Shown here one piece after another: positions 1 to 6,540 of a stretch of 8,006 bases of DNA. Position 1 is the stretch's first letter; each line of letters opens with the position of its first letter. The position numbers and the translations under genes were made by a program. Under the pieces are notes generated by a model. That model saw nothing but the letters and a program-made list of their open reading frames with translations, did no database searches and was not told the DNA's origin. Source of the DNA: Octopus sinensis (Eukaryota); assembly GCF_006345805.1 (NCBI RefSeq), contig NW_021828544.1, positions 1 to 8,006 on the forward strand, in the 5' to 3' direction.

Positions 1-105
1 AACTCGGTTTCAATTCCCTGACAGGGTGGAGCGTTGTGTTTTTCAGTAAAACATCTGGTCTCACGTTGCTCTCCAATCACTTCGACTCCTGACGTGTGGC
101 ACCTT
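1..105 (+). mobile_element. tRNA-derived SINE fragment, 5' end cut by the window edge
   Basis: Pol III B-box-like GGTTTCAATTCCC at 7-19, the same variant form as GGTTTCGATTCCC at 5631-5643. It is followed by GCGTTGTGTTTTTCAGTAAAACA..CTCACGTTGCTC, which loosely resembles the post-tRNA CORE-like segment of mollusc SINEs. Family resemblance is from memory and the 3' boundary is approximate. Confidence 0.6.
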
Positions 106-181
106 ATTATAGCCTAGGCTTGACCCACGACTTGTGATCAACGAGAACACTTTATAGAAAATCAGTCGTGATGTATTGTAC

Positions 182-242
182 CTGCATGAGAGACCTGAGC
201 CTCCGCCATTAATTTGCTCCTCAACATGTCCATTCTGTCACT
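182..242 (-). other. Weak candidate 61-nt internal exon (SDRMDMLRSKLMAEAQVSHA)
   Basis: Minus strand: branch-like TACTGAC (288-282), no AG until TTCAG| (exon starts 242), frame open, donor CAG|GTACAA at 182/181. The polypyrimidine tract is poor and the peptide is not recognised. Confidence 0.15.
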
Positions 243-312
243 CTGAAGTCGTCGAAACCAGTTGACCAACACACAATGAAGGTCAGTATTTTTTTACCAG
301 CATCCACAGTTG

Positions 313-337
313 TTTTTTTTTTTTTTTTTTTTTTTTT
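313..337. repeat. T25 homopolymer
   Basis: Direct read of the sequence. Confidence 0.95.
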
Positions 338-427
338 ACCTAATACGCATTTACATCTCAAGTAACTTTTCAAAAAGAATTCCAATATTTTCTCCATTTA
401 CTATCACACTCACAAAAACACATTTGC

Positions 428-617
428 TTTTAATTATGGATCTCGAAGCAGATAAAGCTATAAATAATAGCATGTAAAAAAATGGATTTAAAAAAACCCT
501 TCGGATAGGAAGAATCGAAGGCTGTTTTCAACATTTTTCATACAAAGGAATTTTTAAATCCGATATTTTACATGCTATCATTTATAGATTTATCTGCTTC
601 GAGATCCATAATTAAAA
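428..617. repeat. Long inverted repeat / MITE-like foldback (67-bp arms, 56-bp spacer)
   Basis: 428-494 vs reverse complement of 551-617 align without gaps at 62/67 by manual count; the outermost 29 bp are perfect. No clear TSD. Confidence 0.9.
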
Positions 618-662
618 ACGAATTATTTCAGGTCTCAAGAATTCTTAAGACATAAACAAATA

Positions 663-680
663 TGTGTGTGTGTGTGTGTG
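663..680. repeat. (TG)n microsatellite
   Basis: Direct read of the sequence. Confidence 0.95.
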
Positions 681-778
681 TTATTGATTATACGCAGCAT
701 TTAACTGGAAGTCGGTGACTCAGATGATAACTCAGTACTTGTGTTGTGCCTAGCGAGTATGTTTAGGAGAAACAAAAT

Positions 779-847
779 GCCAGCCAGCCAGCCAGCCAGC
801 CAGCCATCCATCCATCCATCCATCCATCCATCCATCCATCCATCCAT

Positions 848-887
<40 letters not shown>

Positions 888-1245
888 ACAGGCAGGCAGG
901 CAGGCAGACAGACAGACAGACAGACAGATAGATAGATAGATAGACAGACAGATAGATAAACTGATAGATAAACAGACAGATAGACAAACAGACAGACATA
1001 TAGATAGATAGATAGACAGACAGATAGATAAACTGATAGATAAACAGACAGATAGACAAATAGACAGACATATAGATAGATAGAGAGACAGACAGATAGA
1101 TAAATAAACAGATAGATAGACAGACATATAGATAGAGAGAGAGATAGTGAGACAGACAGACAGATAGACAGACAGATAGATAGATAGACAGACAGACAAA
1201 CAGAGAGACAGACAGAGAAACAGATAGATAGACAGACAGATAGAT
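779..1245. repeat. Compound tetranucleotide microsatellite (GCCA)7(TCCA)11(GCCA)9 GACA (GGCA)4(GACA)5(GATA)4, then mixed GAYA/GAGA with a 72-bp higher-order duplication
   Basis: Unit counts read directly. 941-1012 and 1013-1084 match at 71/72. Confidence 0.95.
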
Positions 1246-1335
1246 GTGTGTATACTACACTGGATAAATAAAATGTGTAGATAAATCGTATGTGCTTTGC
1301 AAAGTTCGTGTTTCTAGTTACTGCACATGAATTTT

Positions 1336-1363
1336 GTGTGTGTGTGTGTTTTTGTGTGTGTGT
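1336..1363. repeat. Interrupted (TG)n microsatellite
   Basis: Direct read of the sequence. Confidence 0.85.
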
Positions 1364-1622
1364 TTACGTTTAGAAAGAAGAACAGTCACGCCTAACCTCC
1401 GCCATTGCTTCCCTTCAAAATCTTTACACTTTGTGCTTACATAAGAGACCCAATCGTCGTAATGGTAGAAGACAGAGTGAGTAACAAACAGCCTTGTAAT
1501 AACGTAGAAACGTTTGTTCTGAAGATAAACACGACTCAGTATAACTTTCAAGTAAAACCGGATAATGCTTTTTATCGAAGAAATATAATCGGTTTGACAT
1601 TGTTGTGCGATATGGGCCTGCC

Positions 1623-1680
1623 TGTGTGTGTGTGTGTGTGTATGCGTGCGTGTGTATGTATGTACGTATGTATGTTTGTA
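1623..1680. repeat. Compound (TG)n/(TGCG)n/(TATG)n microsatellite
   Basis: Direct read of the sequence. Confidence 0.9.
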
Positions 1681-1795
1681 TTGTAATTACAGATAACTAT
1701 TAGTGGCGCGTGTACGTACGTATTTTAGAGTATTTGTCTTTACTAAATGACAACGATGACATGCATATTCATTTTTACATAAAGTATTCGTGCAG

Positions 1796-1866
1796 ATGTG
1801 TGTGTGTGTGTGTGTAGATCAAAGATAAGCATTTCGGCACGGATGTGTGTGTATGTATGTATGTAA
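1796..1866. repeat. (TG)n at ~1796-1815 and (TG)/(TATG)n at ~1844-1866
   Basis: Direct read of the sequence. Confidence 0.85.
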
Positions 1867-2385
1867 GTTATGTGAAATATACGTTCGTCCATTTCCAAGC
1901 CACTGATGTGTACGGTGAATGAGAAACGAAACCCTTATCGGTTTGATAAATATACATTCTCAACATAAGGTAAGTTATAGAAATTTCGTGCTTTTGTCCG
2001 ACAAAATAAAGAATAGTCTATAGTATGTGTATGTGTGTGTGAGAGAGAGTAAATTTCTATCTAACTATCGATAGATAGCTTCTTGTTTTCTAATTTTATG
2101 CTAATAGATTTCAGCTTTTGTGTCTATGCGTTGTATATTTAGCATCTTCCCTGGGAGTTAATGACCTTGCTGAGATAGCAGTTCTGTCGGGAGAAGTCAA
2201 AACTGTATTGACATCCAGTCGACAGCTGACGAAGAGGCTGTCTGGTTTTTTTTTTCTTTTTTAATTGGTTTGTACTGTACAGTTTTGTTCTGGTCTTTAC
2301 GATTTACTCGCAAGATGTTTCGACACAATGCATTCTTCTTTTAAGACTTGCTGACACCTTACCCGTAGGCTAAAAATACTTGTAT

Positions 2386-2480
2386 TATCTATCTATCTAT
2401 CTATCTACCTACCTACATATATATATGTATATATATATATATATATATAATATATTATATATATATATATATAGATATAC
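2386..2480. repeat. Compound (TATC)n/(TACC)n/(TA)n microsatellite
   Basis: Direct read of the sequence. Confidence 0.9.
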
Positions 2481-2599
2481 TACATACCGAGATACATACA
2501 TCGATCGATATAATATTCTTTCGTTCGGTTATAATTAAATGATTACGGAGTTTATTATGTAATAGTACAGAACTGTCGTGGCAATATCATTGTTCGGGC

Positions 2600-2690
2600 T
2601 TTTTACATTCCGAGTTCAAATCTTGCCGAGGTAACTACTAGGCCCACTTCCTTCAAAATTGCTGTCCTTGTGCATACATTAGAAGCCATT
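2600..2690 (+). mobile_element. Degenerate, internally deleted copy of SINE family A
   Basis: TTACATTCCGAGTTCAAATCTTGCCGAGGT matches TTACGTTCTGAGTTCAAATTCCGCCGAGGT at 4021-4050; the central module is absent. Boundaries approximate. Confidence 0.5.
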
Positions 2691-2699
2691 GTCATTATT

Positions 2700-2937
2700 T
2701 GGGCGATGGATGGGCAGACCCGTTAAAGCGTCGGATAAAATATTTAGTGGCATTTTTTTCTGCCTCTTAAGGCTCCGAGTTCAAATTCTACCGAGGTCGA
2801 CTTTACCTTTCATCCTTTACGGGTCGATAAAATAAGTACCAGTTGAACACTGGGGTCAATATAATCGACTTAATCTGTTTGTCTGTCCTTGTTTGTCCCC
2901 TCTATGTTTAGCCCCTTGTGGGCAATAAAGAAATAAG
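2700..2937 (+). mobile_element. tRNA-derived SINE family A, near full-length copy with degenerate head
   Basis: B-box GAGTTCAAATTC at 2777-2788. 2777-2937 aligns to 4030-4190 at about 89% (18 mismatches in ~161 bp, manual count). Confidence 0.85.
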
Positions 2938-3059
2938 AATCGTTAGCAAGCCAGGCGAAATGCTTAGCAGTATTTCGTCTGTTGTTACATTCTGAGTTCA
3001 AATTCCGCTGAGATCGACTTTACTTTTCATCCTTTAGGGGTCGATAAAATAAGTACCAG
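2937..3059 (+). mobile_element. SINE family A, second unit in tandem (5' and 3' truncated)
   Basis: Begins GAATCGTTAGCAAGCCAGGCGAAATGC directly after the tail of the previous copy, contains the B-box, ends at AAGTACCAG. Confidence 0.85.
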
Positions 3060-3338
3060 ATTTTCCTACTGAACCAAACAATTTGAAATTTCGTATACTG
3101 GTAGAATGTGTCAAAAGTAAACTTAATTGTAAACCAGAATGAAAACGGAATTGTAACTTCTAAGTTTAACGTTGTTTAAAATTAGAATTTTAACCAATGA
3201 TATTCCGTCATTCGGCTTTATTTTATTTACCGTCTCGACCACCAATTTGGTGACGTATAAACATCTTAAATGTAAACAGCCGCATGTCTCCGTGAAATCT
3301 CCTTCTAATTATTTAACGTACTCATGTTTCCAGGATCC
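3058..3338 (+). mobile_element. Diverged relative of the GGATC-terminated non-autonomous DNA transposon at 6794-7205
   Basis: Exact 22-bp match TTCGTATACTGGTAGAATGTGT (3090-3111 = 6857-6878) and shared ATTTYAACCAAT about 100 bp downstream. Possible right end GGATCC at 3333-3338. Boundaries tentative. Confidence 0.55.
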
Positions 3339-3564
3339 TATAGTCAGCCACCTTCTAATAACAATATTTAAAACTAGTTAATAAGTCACATGTATTAAAT
3401 TGAAAATGTTTCCATTCTGTTATACTTGCTTTCGTTTGCTATTAAGAAGTGGCATCTCAGTGACGAGGCTTCTAACAAGATTTCGTTTCTAAGCTAATGC
3501 GTTTCATTTCACTTATTGTATTTATTTGTGCAAAAGGCAAGAAATTTAATATTAAAAAAGCAAA

Positions 3565-3630
3565 GAGCTGGCAGAAACGTTAGCACGCCGGGCGAAATGC
3601 GTAGCAGTATTCGTCTGCCGTTACGTTCTG
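3565..3630 (+). mobile_element. SINE family A head fragment (A-box region, stops just before the B-box)
   Basis: GAGCTGGCAGAAACGTTAGCACGCCGGGCGAAATGC..CCGTTACGTTCTG closely matches 3966-4030. Confidence 0.85.
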
Positions 3631-3634
3631 TGTT

Positions 3635-3906
3635 TGTTTACAGTTTTCCGAACGTTAGTACGTCACAAAAGCGCTTTCTACGTCACACTAATAGAATGCA
3701 GTCAAGTTTTACACATGAAAACAAACAATCTGATTGGTTAAAATTCGCAGTTTTAATCTACGATTAAAGTCATAAAATAGATTTTTCTCAAATAAACTAG
3801 TTCCAACCTGTGTCTTGTTTTGCTAGACTCTATCAGCATACGAAGTTTCAGAATATTTAGTTAAGTAGAAAGATCTGTGGTCCTGGCTTCAGAATTGAAA
3901 AGATCC
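3635..3906 (-). mobile_element. Second diverged relative of the GGATC-terminated DNA transposon family, inverted orientation
   Basis: Ends GAAAAGATCC (3897-3906), identical to 7196-7205. Reverse complement of 3825-3844 matches the subterminal motif at 16/20, 62 bp from the terminus (63 bp in the 6794 element). TTGAGAAAA and ATTTTAACCAATCA follow in the same order. Left boundary uncertain. Confidence 0.6.
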
Positions 3907-3934
3907 GCTGCCTTCGTGACAAAACTTGAAATCG

Positions 3935-3957
3935 TTATTATTATCATTATTATTATT
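3935..3957. repeat. (ATT)n microsatellite directly 5' of a SINE
   Basis: Direct read, one interruption. Confidence 0.9.
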
Positions 3958-4190
3958 AGGTGGCGACTGGCAAAATCGTTAGCACGCCGGGCGAAAGGCT
4001 TAGCGGTATTTCGTTTGCCGTTACGTTCTGAGTTCAAATTCCGCCGAGGTCGACTTTGCCTTTCATCCTTTCGGGGTCGATTAAATAAGTACCAGTTACG
4101 CACTGGGGCCGATGTAATCGACTTAATCCGTTTGTCTGTCCTTGTTTGTCCTCTCTGTGTTTAGCCCCTTGTGGGTAGTAAAGAAATAGG
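3958..4190 (+). mobile_element. tRNA-derived SINE family A, full-length best-preserved copy
   Basis: A-box-like TGGCAAAATCG, B-box GAGTTCAAATTCC (4030-4042), central GCCTTTCATCCTTTCGGGGTCGAT..AAGTACCAG, 3' tail TTTGTCTGTCCTTG..AAAGAAATA. The central module resembles, from memory, the Meta-type SINE domain (unverified). Confidence 0.9.
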
Positions 4191-4313
4191 TATTTCGTCT
4201 GCGGTTACGTTCTGAGTTCTAATTCAGCCAAGGTCGACTTTGCCTTTCATCCTCCCGGTGTCAATAAAATAAAGTACCAATCAAGTACCGGGGACGACTA
4301 AATCGATAGCCCC
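4189..4313 (+). mobile_element. SINE family A, second unit in tandem (5' truncated)
   Basis: GGTATTTCGTCTGCGGTTACGTTCTGAGTTCTAATTC..GTCGACTTTGCCTTTCATCC repeats the 4006-4068 region directly after the first unit's tail. Confidence 0.85.
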
Positions 4314-4363
4314 ATATATATATACACATACATACATATACACATACATACATACACACACAC
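4314..4363. repeat. Compound (AT)/(ACAT)/(AC) microsatellite
   Basis: Direct read of the sequence. Confidence 0.9.
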
Positions 4364-4430
4364 AATTTCAGACCCTGTGATAATCATTATTACTGCGAAT
4401 AATATCATTGACGCCAATCTCATTTGCAAA

Positions 4431-4493
4431 GTCAATCCAACCGGCGTAGACGTTGCCTTTCATCCTTCCATGGTCGAGAAAAATTGTACCAGT
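4431..4493 (+). mobile_element. Degenerate SINE family A central module
   Basis: GACGTTGCCTTTCATCCTTCCATGGTCGAGAAAAATTGTACCAGT aligns to GACTTTGCCTTTCATCCTTTCGGGGTCGATTAAATAAGTACCAGT in the 3958-4190 copy. Confidence 0.65.
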
Positions 4494-5004
4494 GAAGTAT
4501 TTCGTTCTATTGAATCACTATACTTCGCTTCGTCTAAATTCGTGGTCTTGTGCTTCGCTTACATTCGCAATCATTATCATTAGGTTTAACAATATAATGG
4601 GAAACCGATCTCGTTTGTTCCGAACACGTTTTTCTCTTCTCATGCGAACAGTTTGTGGAAACTGCTGACAGACGAGAACTATTCCCTCACAAATCTGTGG
4701 CTCTTTAGAACAGTTACAACGCATCTTAGACATTCAGGCGCTATTCATTTCCTGTCTAGAAACCAGCTTATTGCATTGTGTCTTATCACAAACTACACTG
4801 AAATAAAAACCAATCATTTACTTTTTACACCAAGATGACTCGTGAATCTATTAAATGTAATAAATAAATAAATCTCTCTTTCTTTTTTTTTGCCATAGCT
4901 ACCGGTTGATTCACAAAGAGATATTACAACGAAATCACTTCAAAACAGAAATAGAAGAGAATAAAAATACTGTGTCAATATTGATTTCCTTTTTCGGGTA
5001 GCAG

Positions 5005-5118
5005 TATGATCGATTTCATCGATTTGGATTATTACTGGGTCGATGCAAAGTATTAAGATGAAAGATGATATCCGAGCCTTGCTGGATTCACTCTCGGAAC
5101 AGTAAATTCAGAACGAGT
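5005..5118 (-). mobile_element. Highly degenerate SINE family A copy, minus strand
   Basis: AAGATGAAAGATGATATCCGAGCCTTGCTGGATTCACTCTCGGAAC loosely resembles the reverse complement AGGATGAAAGGCAAAGTCGACCTCGGCGGAATTTGAACTCAGAAC; TCGATTTCATCGA resembles the family's TCGATTACATCG. Confidence 0.4.
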
Positions 5119-5479
5119 TAGGTTGAAATTATCAAGTTCTATACTAGGGTTTTTGTCGCTTTTTTTTTCTCTTTTTACCATCTACAAAATCTCAATATGT
5201 ATCACCATTAGAGACTATCGTTGTTGTTATTGCTGTTGATGTATTTTTAGTTCCAAGACAGTCCTAATCGAGCTATGATCAAACGGGTTCCAGACAAAGC
5301 TATTTGGAACTGTTTTCAATATGTCCTTCCTTTTCTAAGATGGGTGTAACCTAAAAGAGGTTTAGCTGCTATTTCTAGCAGTTTTAGGACTCTTTTTGCA
5401 ACAAGAGAGGATGACTGCCATACCCAGGCAACTCGAGGACAGAATATAGCTACAAGAACCGGTTAAAGGCAGTATTAAA

Positions 5480-5570
5480 ATGAAAACAATATGTTTCGCC
5501 GATCCGGGTTCAAATCCAGTTACGAACGGCGGCTATCGATCAGTCGCACAATCGATAAAAGGAACACCAA
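5480..5570 (+). mobile_element. Possible very degenerate SINE fragment
   Basis: B-box-like GGGTTCAAATCC (5506-5517), and ATCGATAAAAGGAACACC resembles GTCGATAAAATAAGTACC. Confidence 0.3.
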
Positions 5571-5577
5571 TAACAGT

Positions 5578-5700
5578 GGAGGCGCAATGGCCCAGTGGTT
5601 AGGGCAGCGGACTCGCGGTCGTAAGAACGCGGTTTCGATTCCCACCGAGCATTGTGAATGCTTATTGAACAAAAACACCTAAGTTCCACAAGGCTTAGGC
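5578..5700 (+). mobile_element. tRNA-derived SINE family B, 5' fragment
   Basis: A-box TGGCCCAGTGG (5588-5598), B-box variant GGTTTCGATTCCC (5631-5643), then AAAACACCTAA..GTTCCAC..GGCT..GGC, shared with 7858-7895. Truncated at the G10 run. Confidence 0.8.
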
Positions 5701-5711
5701 GGGGGGGGGGA

Positions 5712-6112
5712 ATAATCCGCATTTCCCCCGCAAAATTTAAAGGTCAAAATCCCTAGTGCGTACTATATACGAGGTTAAAAATGAAAATTATTTTCTAAGC
5801 AATGTCCGAATCTCGATTTGCTGTCCGGCAATGTTTATTCAGACACATTTTGTAATGTCGGGCGCGAAAATACCGTAAGCTACAAAATGCACAAAAAAGC
5901 TACACGTTTGCATTATGTTATATATACAATAATAATAAAGGGCGTTACCCTATACAGTTTTACAAACCAAGGACGTTATATAGACCTCCTTGACTCAAGT
6001 TAGAGAAGAGGTGCGTATTACACACAAGGTTTAGGTTTTTCAGAGGTACAGCCCCCTAAAAATCCGCTGCATATTATACTCAAGGGCGGACTATGCTCGA
6101 GGATTTACGGTA
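5712..6112. mobile_element. Non-autonomous Tc1/mariner-like (TA/CCGTA-ended) DNA transposon, outer left TIR missing
   Basis: Right end GCGGACTATGCTCGAGGATTTACGG|TA (TA at 6111-6112). Left remnant ATAATCCGC (5712-5720) is the inverse of the inner part of that TIR. Four copies of a ~19-bp motif at 5756, 6011, 6067 and 6084. Superfamily inferred from the TA flank and terminus. Confidence 0.65.
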
Positions 6113-6114
6113 TA

Positions 6115-6322
6115 TATTCTTTTATTCTTTTGTTTGAGTCATTTGACTGCGGCATTGCTGGAGCAACGCCTTTTAGTCGAACAAATCGACCCCAGGATTT
6201 ATACTTTTGCAAGCCAGGTACTTATTTTATCGGTCTCATTTGCCGAACTGCTAAGTTACGGGGACGTAAACACACCATCATTGGTTGTTAAGCGATGGTT
6301 GGGGACAGACAGACAGACCACA

Positions 6323-6376
<54 letters not shown>

Positions 6377-6539
6377 GACGGGCTTCTTTCAGTCTCCGTC
6401 TACTAAATCCCCTCACAAGGCGTTGGTCGGCCCGAGGCTGTAGTAGAAGACGCTTGCCCAAGGTGCCACGCAGTGGGACTGAACCCGGAACCATGTGGTT
6501 GGTAAGCAAGCTTCTTACCACACGGCCACTCCTACGCCT
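6115..6539 (-). mobile_element. Full-length tRNA-derived SINE family C (CORE-like segment, internal microsatellite, TATTCT-type tail)
   Basis: Minus strand: A-box TGGCCGTGTGG (6528-6518), B-box GGTTCAGTCCC (6485-6475), GGCACCTTGGGCAAG..AGCCTC resembling the CORE-SINE domain (GACCTTGGGCAAG..AGCCTC), 3' tail AAAAGAATAAAAGAATA. Octopus tRNA-derived SINE families (OK, OR1, OR2) are described, but I cannot assign this copy to one of them. Confidence 0.9.
6331..6375. repeat. (AT)22.5 microsatellite inside SINE family C
   Basis: Direct read; preceded by short GACA and AC repeats at 6304-6330. Confidence 0.95.
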
Positions 6540-6540
6540 A

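Noticed and set aside
741-1199. ORFs 741-935 (+), 750-1199 (-) and 763-1071 (-)
   Set aside because: They are translations of stop-free tetranucleotide repeats (PASQ, SIHP, LAGW, SVCL periodicity), not genes.
200-1406. Exact 11-mer CCTCCGCCATT at 200-210 and 1396-1406 (YY1-like)
   Set aside because: Several chance 11-mer pairs are expected in 8 kb, and the flanks do not extend the match.
1318-1686. ORFs of 77 and 93 aa
   Set aside because: Non-ATG starts, they run into TG repeats, and no domain is recognisable.
1900-1975. Perfect donor AAG|GTAAGT at 1969/1970 with a possible acceptor at 1899
   Set aside because: The 70-nt candidate exon has stops in all three frames, and one consensus donor per 8 kb is plausible by chance.
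2143-2245. GC-richer segment: possible exon (SSLGVNDLAEIAVLSGEVKTVLTSSRQLTKRLSG) or C/D snoRNA
   Set aside because: No convincing donor, no RTGATGA C-box or terminal stem, and the peptide is not recognised.
3516-4164. ORFs 3516-3767, 3861-4103 and 3877-4164
   Set aside because: They run through SINE, ATT-repeat and non-autonomous transposon sequence, with no transposase or RT motifs.
2777-4190. A-vs-G bias (8:1) between the two long SINE A copies as an ADAR or retro-editing footprint
   Set aside because: Equally explained by GC-to-AT drift and CpG decay in the older copy; direction cannot be set without a consensus.
4377-4838. Overlapping 61-71 aa ORFs and acceptor-like site at 4651 with downstream AATAAA
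   Set aside because: No recognisable protein, and the AATAAA lies in an (AAAT)n run; insufficient support.
5578-5650. tRNA gene
   Set aside because: A and B boxes are present, but there is no complete cloverleaf or acceptor stem and the sequence continues into a SINE body. The same applies to 6465-6539.
5871-6112. Smaller element bounded by TACCGTAA (5871-5878) and TTACGGTA (6105-6112)
   Set aside because: Only 8 bp match, and the family motif (5756) and TIR remnant (5712) lie further left, so 5871 is probably internal.
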